64,000 bases of DNA from Desulfarculaceae bacterium (GCA_037443445.1 JBBIOJ010000007.1:5383-69382); one strand, 5' to 3'. Positions 18,243 to 28,632 are shown, numbered from the stretch's first letter. Notes: a model not told the origin generated them from the letters alone. Numbers and translations are program-made.

Positions 18243-19010
18243 TCAATACTGCTGGCCCAGCCTCCTGGAGAGTTCCTCGCAGACGCGCTTGAGATCCTTG
18301 CTCAGAGAACTCAGTCTTTCCTCAGTAAGCCTGGACTTGGGGCCTGAGAGGCTTATGGCGTATTCGGGTCTTCCGCTATAGTCGAACACTGGGGCAGCCA
18401 GGCAACGGATTCCTGTTACCATTTCCTCGTCGTCAGTGGCAAAGCCCCTCTCCCGGACGAGAGAAAGCTCCAGCCTGAGCTTTTCCGGATCAGTGTTGGT
18501 CTTGGGCGTGAGGGGTTTGAACTCTGCTGAGGAAAGGAAGATCCTGATCTCCTCCTCGGAGCGGTAGGCCAGTATGGCCTTTCCCATGGCAGAGCAGAAA
18601 GTGGGAACCCTGGTGCCTATGGCCAGATCCATCAAGAGCACCTCCCTGCTTTTCACCTTGTCTATGTAAACGATCTCCTCTCCTTCCCAATGGCCCAAAT
18701 TCACGGTCTCTCCCGAAATCTCGGCCAGCTCTTCCAGGAAGGGTCTAGTGATCTGGCGGATACCCAGGGCATTCACCATGGCTATGCCCATCTCGAAGAG
18801 ACGGAAAGAAAGCCTGTAGCGTGAGGAGGAGTCCTGGACAACATATCCCAGCTCCTTCAAGGTGGCCAGGAACCTGTGGGCCGCGCTTCTGTGGGTTCCC
18901 AAAAGGGAGGCTACCTCCGAGACCTTGAGGCTTCCCTTTTCGGCCAGAAGCTCCAGGATTCGAAGCCCCCGCTCCAAAGAAGAAACTTTGTAATAAGCCT
19001 TTTCCTCCAT
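18243..19010 (-). CDS. IclR-family transcriptional regulator
   Basis: N-terminal wHTH (LERGLRILELLAEKGSLKVSEVASLLG) and a C-terminal IclR effector domain. Divergent from the TRAP operon. Confidence 0.8.
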   Translation of the reverse strand: MEEKAYYKVSSLERGLRILELLAEKGSLKVSEVASLLGTHRSAAHRFLATLKELGYVVQDSSSRYRLSFRLFEMGIAMVNALGIRQITRPFLEELAEISGETVNLGHWEGEEIVYIDKVKSREVLLMDLAIGTRVPTFCSAMGKAILAYRSEEEIRIFLSSAEFKPLTPKTNTDPEKLRLELSLVRERGFATDDEEMVTGIRCLAAPVFDYSGRPEYAISLSGPKSRLTEERLSSLSKDLKRVCEELSRRLGQQY

Positions 19011-19350
19011 ATTGGTTCCTTATGGGAGACAAACTCGGAATGTGTGACTGTGTCATAGATAATAAAACACTTTACAAAAAATGGGCTTTAATGTCAATTC
19101 CTTATTTTCCACTTCTTCAGCCCAGTGCTTCCCCCTGACCGGTTCATGAACCACCTAAAGCCCCTTACTCTGACCGCTTGCCAAGACCCCAGGAGAATGG
19201 GGGGCTCGCCTGCTCACGGCCCCGGGATGCTCCAGGAGCTCAGGAGGCTCCCCCAAGTCATTGCCAGGGGCTTTCCATGGGGCACTGGGTTTCATGCAGG
19301 CAGCTCGAATCTGGCCTCCAATTGTAGCGAATAATGAGGATAAATAGGCT

Positions 19351-19412
19351 TGACATGCTTCTGAGGAGATAGTTACAATATGTGTATTCTTGTCACAAAT
19401 AGCGTGACAAGA
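19351..19412 (+). promoter_or_regulatory. Sigma-70-like promoter (TTGACA, 17 bp, TTACAAT) followed by the inverted repeat CTTGTCAC-N7-GTGACAAG; candidate operator for the divergent IclR regulator
   Basis: Near-consensus -35/-10 elements with a 17-bp spacer. An 8-bp perfect inverted repeat lies immediately downstream of the -10 element, in the IclR/TRAP intergenic region. Confidence 0.4.
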
Positions 19413-19476
19413 TTCCTGGGTTGGCTAACTCATGGTTGGTCTCCAACTGGTGGGAGCAGAAGGGAGGTGCTCGCCC

Positions 19477-19632
19477 ATGGGTACCACGATGTTCACCATA
19501 CCGTATAATACCACCTTGGTTATCGTGGGGCTCATAGTCCTGGGGGTGGTGGGTTTTGTGGTGTACGGTTTTATCAAGGGTTGGGAAAACGTCTTCAAAG
19601 AGGACTATGAGAAGGGACCCCACCATGGTTGA
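19477..19632 (+). CDS. Small single-TM membrane protein (about 51 aa) upstream of the TRAP transporter genes
   Basis: MGTTMFTIPYNTTLVIVGLIVLGVVGFVVYGFIKGW... The position is conserved-looking but no family is recognised. Confidence 0.3.
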   Translation: MGTTMFTIPYNTTLVIVGLIVLGVVGFVVYGFIKGWENVFKEDYEKGPHHG

Positions 19633-19785
19633 GGGGTCACCTGGGAGCCCTTTTGGACACCCCGGGGCCTCCCCATTAGGATAAGGCCCCGGAGAAGAGA
19701 TAAATGCGGCTGGATGGGGTCCCTTGTGCCACCCGCGGGGAGGTAAAGGCACTGGACAGGGTAAGGGGCCCGAGGCGATCACTCC

Positions 19786-20964
19786 TTGCAGGATCATTTC
19801 AGAACCCACAGGAAGGAGGAGGCCATGAGCGAGAAGGAGAAGAAGCAGAAGAGCACCTCTAGGCGCAGCTTTCTGAAGGCCGCTGCTGTGGCCGGGGGAG
19901 CTGCAGGCACCATCGGATTCCCGGCGGTCATGAGGGTTTCGGCCCAGCAGCCCATCAAGATCAAGATGCAGACCGCCTGGGATGCTGGCACCATCGGCTT
20001 TGAGGAGTTCAAGAAGTTCTGCAAGCTGGTGGGGGAGTTGAGCGAGGGCAAGCTGATAGTTGAGGGCTTCCCGGCAGGAGCCATAGTGGGCACCTTCGAG
20101 ATGTTCGATGCGGTCAAGGCAGGGGTCTTCGACGCCATGCACTGCTTCGACGTGTACTGGCCCGGTAAAGTCCCTGCCTGCACCTTCCTTTCCTCCTACC
20201 CCTTCGGCATGGACCGGCCCGACCAGTGGGAGACCTGGTACGAGACCCTGGGGGGGAAGGAAATAGCCAGGGAAGCTTACGGCGCCCACAACATGTATTA
20301 CCTGGGCCCCATCCAGCACGACGACAACCTGATCCACTCCAAGGTGCCCATCCGGTCCTTCGAGGACTTCAAGGGCAAGAAAATCAGGTACCCGGGCGGC
20401 ATCATAGCGGATATTTACAAGGCCGCAGGTGTGTCCACGGTGCTGCTTCCAGGAGGCGAGGTTTACCCTGCCCTGGAGAAGGGGGTGATAGACGCCTCCG
20501 ACTTTGTGGGCGCGGCTGTGAACTACAACCTTGGCTTCGGGGAAATAGCCAAGTACATCATCATGGGCCCGCCCTCCACACCCTGCCTGCACCAGCCCGT
20601 TGACCTGATGAGCGTCGAGGTCAACATGAACACCTGGAAGAAGCTCCCCAAGCACCTCCAGCAGATCCTGGAGGCCGCAGTGAAACAGCACTCCTGGGAG
20701 CACTACACCGCAATCCAGAAGGCTGACATAGAGGCCTTCGAGAAGTTCCAGAAAGAGCAGAAGGTAGAGGTGATCAGGCTCAAAGACGAGGACATAAACA
20801 AGTTCAAGAAGTTCGCCCCCAAGCTCTGGGTCGAGTGGGCCAAGAAGCACCCCCTTGCCACTAAAGCCTTCAAGAGCCAGTGGGAGTACATGAAGTCCGT
20901 CAAGATCGGCTATTACACCCAGGACGATCTCAGAGATCCAGAGGGAAAGAAGCTGGAGATCTAA
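19786..20964 (+). CDS. dctP: TRAP transporter substrate-binding protein (DctP family) with a Tat signal peptide
   Basis: Twin-arginine motif RRSFLKAAAV. DctP-type periplasmic binding fold. Confidence 0.85.
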   Translation: MQDHFRTHRKEEAMSEKEKKQKSTSRRSFLKAAAVAGGAAGTIGFPAVMRVSAQQPIKIKMQTAWDAGTIGFEEFKKFCKLVGELSEGKLIVEGFPAGAIVGTFEMFDAVKAGVFDAMHCFDVYWPGKVPACTFLSSYPFGMDRPDQWETWYETLGGKEIAREAYGAHNMYYLGPIQHDDNLIHSKVPIRSFEDFKGKKIRYPGGIIADIYKAAGVSTVLLPGGEVYPALEKGVIDASDFVGAAVNYNLGFGEIAKYIIMGPPSTPCLHQPVDLMSVEVNMNTWKKLPKHLQQILEAAVKQHSWEHYTAIQKADIEAFEKFQKEQKVEVIRLKDEDINKFKKFAPKLWVEWAKKHPLATKAFKSQWEYMKSVKIGYYTQDDLRDPEGKKLEI

Positions 20965-21074
20965 TTGGTCGGGGAGGGGGATACCCCCTCCCTTTTGTCT
21001 GAAGCAGAATGGTGTTCAGCGGGATTGTAGCTTTTCGGGCATGAGCTCCTCACTCAATATATGGGAGTCTGGGA

Positions 21075-21623
21075 ATGAAAGCGCTTCGCACCTTCATGAT
21101 GGCTGTTGACAAAACCAACATTTTCATAGGCAAGCTCATGGTGGGGGTCACGCTCCTGGCCGTTCTCGTGATAACCTTCGAGGTGGTCATGAGGTACATC
21201 TTCGGGGCCCCAACCAACTGGGGTCACGAGCTGATGACGCTCCTTTTTGCCATCTTCTACGTGGCGGCAGGCGGCTATGCCCACTACTACAGGGCCCACG
21301 TGAGGGTGGACGTGTTTTATGCCACAAGGTCCGAGCGGACCCGCGCAATTCTGGATCTCATCACATCGGTGCCGTTTTTTCTTTTCACGCTAGTTCTGTT
21401 TTACACGTCATGGGAGTTCTACTGGAGTTCCCAGACCATGGAGGCCGGGGCCGAGGTGCTCGGCATTCAGGTCCCCGGGGAAAGATCCTTCACGGACTGG
21501 GGTCCTGCTTACTATCCCATAAAATTCATGATGCCCTTTGGGGCATTGATGCTGATACTTCAGGGCCTTGTATGGCTAATGAGAGACATACACCTCGTGG
21601 CTACTGGGAGAAAGCTGTCATGA
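21075..21623 (+). CDS. dctQ: TRAP transporter small permease (DctQ)
   Basis: Four-TM protein of 182 aa. Its stop overlaps the dctM start (ATGA). Confidence 0.75.
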   Translation: MKALRTFMMAVDKTNIFIGKLMVGVTLLAVLVITFEVVMRYIFGAPTNWGHELMTLLFAIFYVAAGGYAHYYRAHVRVDVFYATRSERTRAILDLITSVPFFLFTLVLFYTSWEFYWSSQTMEAGAEVLGIQVPGERSFTDWGPAYYPIKFMMPFGALMLILQGLVWLMRDIHLVATGRKLS

Positions 21624-22936
21624 GCATAGAGACCATAACCATAACCATGTTCGGATCCATGATGTTGCTGCTGATGCTGGGGCTTCCCGTGGCCTTTTCC
21701 TGCGGCACGGTTGGGATGGTTTTCACGGCACTTATTCAAGGGCCCATGGCAGTGAGCATAGTGCCTACCAGGATCTTCGGCCTCATGACCAACTATCTCC
21801 TGGCAGCCATCCCCCTTTTCATATTCATGGCCTGCATCCTGGAAAGGGGCGGCCTCATAGCCGAGATCTACGAGATGGTTTACCAGTGGTTCGGAGGCCT
21901 GAAGGGAGGCGTTGCCACTGCGTCGGTCATGGCCTGCACCATGATGGCCGCCATGGTGGGCGTGATAGGAGCCAGCGAGGTGACCATGGGGGTTATAGCC
22001 CTGCCCGAGATGCTAAAGCGGCGCTACGACAAGTTCATATCCACAGGTAGCATCCTGGCAGGGGGCACCCTCGGCATTCTGATACCTCCAAGCGTGATGC
22101 TCATAGTGTACGGTATGGTGGATAACTCCTCCATCGGGCAGCTTTATGCTGGGGCCTTTCTCCCGGGCTTTCTCTTGGCAGGACTGTACATAGCCTACAT
22201 AAGCTTCAGATGCTACCTGAACCCCATCATGGGCCCTCCCATTCCCAAAGAGGAAAGGCTTCCACTGATAACTAGGATAAAGTTGCTTTTCCCCCTCATT
22301 CCCGCTGGAATATTGGTCTTCCTGGTCCTAGGCACTATCTGGTTGGGCATCGCAGCCCCCACAGAGGCAGCAGGTGTGGGGGCCGTGGGAGCCATGATCA
22401 TCACCTTTGCGCAGGGAAAGCTCAAGTGGAAGGGCATAGTGGAGGCCTGTGAGAACACGCTCAAATCCAGCGCCATGGTGCTCTGGACCATGTTCGGGGC
22501 GAACATATTCGTGGCCTTTTACATCATGGTCGGGGGAGGTGCCTTTGTGACCCAGCTGCTGGTGGGCTCCGGCCTGGACAGGTGGGTGATCCTCTGGATA
22601 ATGCAGCTGATCCTGATTTTCCTCGGGGCTTTCATAGACTGGGTCGGTATAATAATGCTCTGCGTGCCCCTCTTCGGGCCCATAATAAGAAAGCTTGGCT
22701 TTGATCCTATATGGTTTGGGGTGCTCTTTGCCGTGAACCTGCAGATGTCCTTCTTGACCCCGCCCTTTGGCTACGCACTTTTCTATCTGAAGGGGGTTGC
22801 CCCAAAGGAGATCTCAACCACGGACATCTGGAAGGGTGCGGCGGCATTCCTGGGCCTCCAGTTCGTAGGGCTGGTCTTGTGCATGATCTTCCCGGAGATC
22901 ATCCTGGTGGTTCCAAGGCTTCTATTCAGAGGTTGA
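21620..22936 (+). CDS. dctM: TRAP transporter large permease (DctM)
   Basis: Start is MSIETITITMFG, overlapping the dctQ stop. About 12 TM segments. The track ORF 21410 adds a spurious N-terminal extension in the same frame. Confidence 0.8.
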   Translation: MSIETITITMFGSMMLLLMLGLPVAFSCGTVGMVFTALIQGPMAVSIVPTRIFGLMTNYLLAAIPLFIFMACILERGGLIAEIYEMVYQWFGGLKGGVATASVMACTMMAAMVGVIGASEVTMGVIALPEMLKRRYDKFISTGSILAGGTLGILIPPSVMLIVYGMVDNSSIGQLYAGAFLPGFLLAGLYIAYISFRCYLNPIMGPPIPKEERLPLITRIKLLFPLIPAGILVFLVLGTIWLGIAAPTEAAGVGAVGAMIITFAQGKLKWKGIVEACENTLKSSAMVLWTMFGANIFVAFYIMVGGGAFVTQLLVGSGLDRWVILWIMQLILIFLGAFIDWVGIIMLCVPLFGPIIRKLGFDPIWFGVLFAVNLQMSFLTPPFGYALFYLKGVAPKEISTTDIWKGAAAFLGLQFVGLVLCMIFPEIILVVPRLLFRG

Positions 22937-23009
22937 GCTGTCCATACCTTCAACCATCGGGAGGTTGTGAGTACACGCAGAGAGCATTGCCTGACCCCTG
23001 AAGGAAGTT

Positions 23010-23447
23010 GTGGCAAAACCAAAGGCATCATACCAGGCACCTAGATTGGCCGTGGGGGGATTCTACTTGCTTCTGGCCGGATGGACTGTTGTATCTGTCG
23101 GGTTCATCTGGATAAAGGGAGAGCAGGGGGCAGGCGGAGATCTTCTGTGGTGGTTCATGATAGCCTTTGTGCTTGGGTTCACCTGGTATTTTTCCCTGGG
23201 CATATCCTACAAGGTGGAGATGGGCGAGGAAGGGGGGCTTGAGCTCACCAGCTTCAGGAGGGTGCTGCACGTCAAGCCAGGGGAAATAAGCCAGGTGGAG
23301 CCGCCTTTTCTGCCCTGGGGATTCCTGCGTTTCAACCTGGAGAGGGAAAAGGCTTACCTGTTCTGCTCGTTGACTCACAAGGATCTTCAGGCCATAGTCA
23401 GGAGACTGGTGGAGATGAATCCGGACATGAGGATAAGGATGCGCTGA
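23010..23447 (+). CDS. Hypothetical membrane protein (2 TM segments plus a soluble domain)
   Basis: 145 aa; no family assigned. Confidence 0.35.
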   Translation: MAKPKASYQAPRLAVGGFYLLLAGWTVVSVGFIWIKGEQGAGGDLLWWFMIAFVLGFTWYFSLGISYKVEMGEEGGLELTSFRRVLHVKPGEISQVEPPFLPWGFLRFNLEREKAYLFCSLTHKDLQAIVRRLVEMNPDMRIRMR

Positions 23448-23491
23448 GAGCCGCATCCGGTCATGAATTCCATCCGAGTCAGGGGTGCAGA

Positions 23492-24415
23492 ATGAGAATA
23501 GTCCTTTTCGCGCAGGCGGCATTCGGGGAGGAGGTCCTCAGGCGTCTGGTTCAAAGAAAAGAGGAGGTGGTGGCACTCTACACTCCTGCTGAGCCCCGAG
23601 GAGCAAAAAACCCCATCAAGGAGCTGGCCTTGGCCTCGGGCATCCGGGTCTTGCAGCCCAAGCGCATGAGAGATTCGGAGGTGGTGGCACAATACAAGAC
23701 GCTCTCCCCCGAGCTGAACCTCCTGGCCTTTGTGACTGACATAATCCCGGGGGAGATCCTCAACCTCCCCACCAACGGCTCCATCCAGTACCACCCCTCC
23801 CTTCTCCCAAAGCACAGGGGCAGAAGCGCCATAAACTGGGCTGTGATAAATGGGGAGAAGAAGACAGGGCTCAGCATATTCTGGGTGGACGAGGGCATAG
23901 ACACCGGCCCCATTCTCCTCCAGAAGGAGGTGGAGATCTCTGAGGAGGACACCACGGGCTCCCTTTACTTCAACAAGCTTTTCCCCCTGGGGGTGGAGGC
24001 CCTTCTGGAAGCCCTGGATCTGGTAAAGGAGGGTAGGGCTGCAAGGATCCCCCAGGATGAATCCCAGGCCACTTACGAGCCCCCCTGCCAGGAAGAGCAT
24101 GCCAGGGTGGACTGGAGCAAGCCCCTGTCCTCTATCTACAACTTGATAAGGGGCTGTGACCCTCAACCAGGAGCCTGGAGCTTGCTGAAGGGCTCAAAGG
24201 TGCAGTTTTACTCTGCGAGGCCTCCGGGGCAGGCACCTGGGGGGAGGAGGGGGAAGCCCGGGGAGATATTGGGCCTGGATGAAAAAGGTCTTCTGGTCGC
24301 CGCTGGGGAGGGGGCTTTGTGGATCGGGAAACTCAAGCCCCAAGGCGGGGTGAAGATGGACGGGGCAAGCTTCGCAAGAGAGTTGGGGGTCCAAGAGGGG
24401 GAAAGGTTCCAATAA
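23492..24415 (+). CDS. Formyltransferase family protein (methionyl-tRNA formyltransferase-like)
   Basis: Formyl_trans_N motifs (HPSLLPKHRG, SIFWVDEGIDTGPIL) and a C-terminal Fmt-like domain. Not adjacent to def, so a housekeeping fmt role is uncertain. Confidence 0.65.
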   Translation: MRIVLFAQAAFGEEVLRRLVQRKEEVVALYTPAEPRGAKNPIKELALASGIRVLQPKRMRDSEVVAQYKTLSPELNLLAFVTDIIPGEILNLPTNGSIQYHPSLLPKHRGRSAINWAVINGEKKTGLSIFWVDEGIDTGPILLQKEVEISEEDTTGSLYFNKLFPLGVEALLEALDLVKEGRAARIPQDESQATYEPPCQEEHARVDWSKPLSSIYNLIRGCDPQPGAWSLLKGSKVQFYSARPPGQAPGGRRGKPGEILGLDEKGLLVAAGEGALWIGKLKPQGGVKMDGASFARELGVQEGERFQ

Positions 24416-24483
24416 AGGATCCCCGGGGGGGATGTCTCTCGGGTTCGGAAGTTGACCCGTCCCCCCCCCCGGAGTTTGGCAAA

Positions 24484-25308
24484 TCAGGCATATCTGGTGG
24501 CCGGAACCAACTTGAGGTCGTTGAGGACCTTGCCCACACCAGACACCCCAGCCACAACCTTTTGAGCCTTGTCCAAGCTGGCCTGATCCTCAACAAAACC
24601 CGAAAGCCGGGCCACCCCGGGCTCAGGCACCTCAATGGATATGGAAAGGGTATGCCCATAGGCCAACCCCGCCTCCATTATGGCCGCCTCTATCCTGCTC
24701 TTGAGGGCCATCATCTCTATCTGGCGCATGGCATCCAAGGAGCAGGCTTTGATTTCCTCGGACCTGGCCACCCTCACCACCGTCTCCACAGCCAGATCCA
24801 GACTCAGCTTGTCCATGTTGATGACCAGGTCGTAGAGATCCGGATCGTCCCAGTCCACCCCAAAGGCGAACTTGATGAAGGCTTCCCGGTCATGGTCCCC
24901 CCTTTCTATGAGCCTGGGGGCGTCCTCTGCACTCACTCCGCGCCGGATGAGGTTCTGGATTCTTTTTTCCCTGGAGGCTATGACACGCACGTGAAGGGCA
25001 CAGTCAAAGGCCCTGAGCAGCATGTGGCTTCCCCAGCCAAGGAAAACAGCGTCCCCCTGCTTTGCCAGCTCGTACACCACGGAGTTGAGTCGGTCCAGAT
25101 CCACAGCGGGCTTTGAGGAGAAGATTCTCTGGAAAAAGGAGGGGGGCCTCTCCGGGATCTCCATGATGTCCTCCCTGAAGCCCATCTCCCCGGCCTTGTA
25201 CTCTATGGCGTCGGTGTCATAGAACCTGTAGCCCATCTTCTCGGCCACCTTCCGGGCTACCTCCCCCCCGCCTGCCCCGTATCTCCTGGAGAAGGTTATG
25301 AAGTGCAT
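24484..25308 (-). CDS. Cytidylate kinase-like family protein with a C-terminal BON domain
   Basis: Start is MHFITFSRRYGAGGGEVARKVAEKMGYRFYD, matching the cytidylate kinase-like family PF13189. The C-terminal stretch GVSGVGKVLNDLKL is BON-like. Confidence 0.5.
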   Translation of the reverse strand: MHFITFSRRYGAGGGEVARKVAEKMGYRFYDTDAIEYKAGEMGFREDIMEIPERPPSFFQRIFSSKPAVDLDRLNSVVYELAKQGDAVFLGWGSHMLLRAFDCALHVRVIASREKRIQNLIRRGVSAEDAPRLIERGDHDREAFIKFAFGVDWDDPDLYDLVINMDKLSLDLAVETVVRVARSEEIKACSLDAMRQIEMMALKSRIEAAIMEAGLAYGHTLSISIEVPEPGVARLSGFVEDQASLDKAQKVVAGVSGVGKVLNDLKLVPATRYA

Positions 25309-25521
25309 GGCTTCCCTCCCGAGCTTTGGAGTCATGAGGGGTGAACCCCCCCCTGCACCTAGGGTGCTCCTGAGCACAGAACAGGTCAAGCCCCTGGAGG
25401 GCTGAAGCTCTTTTCTCCTGCCAGGAGGCCATTTGTCTTGTGTGAGTGAATCCGAGGCAAGAAACCTAGAGAGGAAAAAACTGCCTGAGGAAGGGGGCGG
25501 CCGTCCCCCTTCCTGCTATGT

Positions 25522-26475
25522 TTACTCCTGGGGCTCCTGCGGGGCCTCAAGGGAGATTCGCACCTTGGCTTCCAGGCGGCGGAACTGCTCATCCACATTC
25601 TTTTGAATCTCTTCCACCATGCTGTCCGTGAGGTGCCTGAAGCGGCCTTGCTTCTTGAGGTATTCCACCACCGGGACCTGCTTGGGAGGCTTGGGTACAA
25701 ACCTGTAACGGCCGTTTTCCACCTCGTAGAGCGGGAAGACCCGGCTGGCCACTGCCAGCTTCCCCAGTTCTATGGACTCTTCAGGCTGGCTCCTCCACCC
25801 CGTGGGGCAAACTGAGAGGATGTGAACATATGCTGGCCCTTCCACCAGGGCTGCCTTCTGGACCTTTTTCATGAGGTCCCAGGGGTAACTTGGGCAGGCT
25901 GTGGCCACATATGGGATGCCGTGAGCTGCGGCTATCTCGGCCACGTTTTTTTTCTGGGTGGATTGGCCGAAGGACAAACGGCCGGGTGGGGAAGTGGTGG
26001 TCATGGCCCCGTACGGGGTGGAAGAGGAGCGCTGAATGCCTGTGTTCATGTAAGCCTCATTGTCAAGACAGATGTAAACCATGTCATGGCCTCTCTCCAG
26101 AGCGCCCGAGAGGGCCTGCATGCCGATGTCGGCTGTGCCGCCGTCACCGGCTATGGCCACGCAGTGGACCTGTTTCCTGGGGAGCCTGGCCTTTCGCATC
26201 AGAGCCTTGAGGCCGGCCTCCACTCCTGAACAGACAGCTGCCGCGTTTTCAAAACCCACGTGTATGTAAGGCACCACCCAGGAGGTGGTGGGAAGAGGCG
26301 TGGAGACTATCTCCATACAGCCCGTGGCATTGGCCACCACCGTGTCCCTACCCAGGGCCTTGAGGGCCAGCCTCAAAGCCAAGACTTCAGCACAACCCTG
26401 GCAGGCTCTGTGCCCGGGGGCAAAGAGTTCCTCCAGGGGCAGATTCTTTGGTCCAAAGGCCTTGATTTCTGTCAT
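25522..26475 (-). CDS. porB: 2-oxoacid:ferredoxin oxidoreductase beta subunit (TPP-binding), PorB/KorB type
   Basis: TPP-binding motif (GDGG...D) and the PFOR beta family fold. Last gene of porGDAB. Confidence 0.85.
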   Translation of the reverse strand: MTEIKAFGPKNLPLEELFAPGHRACQGCAEVLALRLALKALGRDTVVANATGCMEIVSTPLPTTSWVVPYIHVGFENAAAVCSGVEAGLKALMRKARLPRKQVHCVAIAGDGGTADIGMQALSGALERGHDMVYICLDNEAYMNTGIQRSSSTPYGAMTTTSPPGRLSFGQSTQKKNVAEIAAAHGIPYVATACPSYPWDLMKKVQKAALVEGPAYVHILSVCPTGWRSQPEESIELGKLAVASRVFPLYEVENGRYRFVPKPPKQVPVVEYLKKQGRFRHLTDSMVEEIQKNVDEQFRRLEAKVRISLEAPQEPQE

Positions 26476-26554
26476 GGCATTCTCCTTACTAGAGCCCCAC
26501 GGCCTCAACCGGGTTTCCCCGAGAGCCCGTGTTGGCCTGGCTTCGGCCTCAAGC

Positions 26555-27736
26555 TTATCCTCTCACTCCGTAAATCTCGTAGTCCTCCTGCCGGTCCTGC
26601 ATCTTGGAAAGGGCCTCTTCCACCATGTGCTGAAAGTCCTGAGGGGAGACGTCCCTGCCGGCCAGGCCTCCTATGAAGTTGACCACCCTGGGGCGGGAGG
26701 GCTCTCCGTACATGGCTGCCCGGATCTCAGAGGCCACTGGTCCTCCCTGACCTCCGAAAGAGACGCACCTGTCGAACACCACGGCTACCTTGGCCTTACT
26801 CAGGACTTCCCTGACCTGCCTGAAGGGGAAAGGCCTCCAGAGTCTTATCTTCATCACCCCAACGGCCGTCCCCTGGTTTCTCATCCTGTCTGCTGCCTCG
26901 CAGGCCGTCTCTCCCATGGAGCCCATGGTGACCAGAACCACCTCCGCGTCCTGGGTACGGTGGGTCTCAACCGGGTTGTACTCCCTGCCTGTCAGTGCCT
27001 CCCACTGCCTCCATCCCTCAAGGAGCACGGGCCAGGTGGCTTTCAAGGCCTCGTCCTGGGCCTTCTTGGCCTCTGTATAGAGTTCGGGCAGGGCAAAAGC
27101 CCCCATTGTGACCGGTTTGTCAGGATGCAGCCTGTGGATGGGCTCAAAGGGAGGCAGGTATTTGTTGACCAGCTCCTTGTCCACCATCTCCAGGGCCTCT
27201 ACCATGTGGCTCAAGATGAAGCCGTCCATGTGGAGCATGACCGGGATCAAGACCCTCCTGTCCTCCCCCACTCGGTAGGCCCAGAAAACATGGTCATAGG
27301 CCTCCTGACCGTTTTCCGCAAAGACCTGGATCCAGCCCGTGTCCCTGACGCTCATCACATCCGAGTGATCGTTCCAGATGCTGAGGGGCGCACTCAGGGA
27401 GCGGTTGGAGACCACCATGACTATGGGGAGCCTGAGGGAAGAGGCAATGTATACCACCTCGTTCATGAGGGCCAGGCCCTGGGAGCTTGTGGAAGTGAAG
27501 GTCCTGGCCCCTGCGGCCGAGGAACCGATGCACACGCTCAGGGCAGAGTGCTCTGATTCCACCGGGACGAACTCTGCATCCAGGTGACCGTCTGCCACCA
27601 GCTCCGAGAGATGCTCCACGATGTGTGTCTGAGGTGTGATGGGATAGGCCGCCACCACATCCACGTCGGCCTGGCAGGCCGCCTCTGCCACAGCTATCGA
27701 GACTTCCATTCCGACTCTCTTGCCCATGTCCCTCAC
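26555..27736 (-). CDS. porA: 2-oxoacid:ferredoxin oxidoreductase alpha subunit
   Basis: PFOR alpha (transketolase-like) domains. Overlaps porD by 4 nt. Confidence 0.85.
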   Translation of the reverse strand: MRDMGKRVGMEVSIAVAEAACQADVDVVAAYPITPQTHIVEHLSELVADGHLDAEFVPVESEHSALSVCIGSSAAGARTFTSTSSQGLALMNEVVYIASSLRLPIVMVVSNRSLSAPLSIWNDHSDVMSVRDTGWIQVFAENGQEAYDHVFWAYRVGEDRRVLIPVMLHMDGFILSHMVEALEMVDKELVNKYLPPFEPIHRLHPDKPVTMGAFALPELYTEAKKAQDEALKATWPVLLEGWRQWEALTGREYNPVETHRTQDAEVVLVTMGSMGETACEAADRMRNQGTAVGVMKIRLWRPFPFRQVREVLSKAKVAVVFDRCVSFGGQGGPVASEIRAAMYGEPSRPRVVNFIGGLAGRDVSPQDFQHMVEEALSKMQDRQEDYEIYGVRG

Positions 27737-28029
27737 TCCCCTTCCGGAACCATGTCAATGCACTTGACCGGGCATTCGTGGGCGCAAATTCCGCAACCCT
27801 TGCAATAGTAAAGATTGGGCAGGAAATAGCCCTGTTCATTTCTCTCTATGGCCGCATCCGGGCAGAAGATGTAGCATTGCGCGCACTTGATGCAGCGTTC
27901 CGTGTCCACCTTGGGATGCCCCACTGTGCGCCAATCCCCCGTCTTGTATTTCCTGGCATTGCCTGGCTCCACTATGACGCAGCCGGGTTCCAGCTCTATC
28001 CAGGTAATCTCAGTTATAGGTTTTGCCAT
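27733..28029 (-). CDS. porD: 2-oxoacid:ferredoxin oxidoreductase delta subunit (2x[4Fe-4S] ferredoxin)
   Basis: Two CxxCxxCxxxCP motifs (CIKCAQCYIFCP, CKGCGICAHECP). Confidence 0.85.
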   Translation of the reverse strand: MAKPITEITWIELEPGCVIVEPGNARKYKTGDWRTVGHPKVDTERCIKCAQCYIFCPDAAIERNEQGYFLPNLYYCKGCGICAHECPVKCIDMVPEGE

Positions 28030-28086
28030 TTTAAGTACACCTCCGTATGGGACCGGCCGCGAGGCGGTTTGTGCCGGTCTGCCGGG

Positions 28087-28632
28087 TCAAACCCTAAGGG
28101 AATCGTAAGCCCTTTTCATGGCCTCCAGGTTCCGGTCTGCCAGCCGCCCGAAGCGCTCCCGCACAGGAGCCTCCAAGCTCTCCAGTTCCACCACACCGGT
28201 AGCTTTCAAGAGGGCCCCTATCATGGTGGTGTTGGTTATGGGTCGTCCCAGCACCTCAGCGGCTATGGCATGGGCATCCACCGAGTAAAATCGCTGAGCA
28301 GGCTTCAATCTGGACAGGAAGCCCTTGGGCTCCCCTGACACATTGGCCACCACCGCCCCGTCTTCTTTAAGGCCCTCCTCCACCGGGACCAGCTCCAGGA
28401 GAGACTGGTCCAGAACCACCACCACGTCAGGCTCGTACACCTTGGATCTGATTCGGATCGGCTCCTGGGATATCCTGGCAAAGGCCATGACCGGGGCTCC
28501 CCTCCTCTCAGGGCCGAAGCTAGGAAAGGCCTGGGCGTATTTCCCCTGGGCAATGGCTGCAAGAGCCAAGAGCTCGGCAGTGGTCACAGCACCCTGCCCA
28601 CCCCGACCATGAATGCGAAACTCCTTCATCAT
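28087..28632 (-). CDS. porG: 2-oxoacid:ferredoxin oxidoreductase gamma subunit
   Basis: Start is MMKEFRIHGRGGQGAVTTAELLA, the hallmark POR gamma N-terminus, preceded by GGAGGAAG. The track start at 28854 is a spurious upstream extension. Confidence 0.8.
   Translation of the reverse strand: MMKEFRIHGRGGQGAVTTAELLALAAIAQGKYAQAFPSFGPERRGAPVMAFARISQEPIRIRSKVYEPDVVVVLDQSLLELVPVEEGLKEDGAVVANVSGEPKGFLSRLKPAQRFYSVDAHAIAAEVLGRPITNTTMIGALLKATGVVELESLEAPVRERFGRLADRNLEAMKRAYDSLRV

Noticed and set aside
28027-28089. The porG TGA stop is in-frame with porD across 57 nt
   Set aside because: porD has its own GGAGGTG RBS and ATG, and the intervening sequence is not protein-like. Ordinary intergenic spacing.
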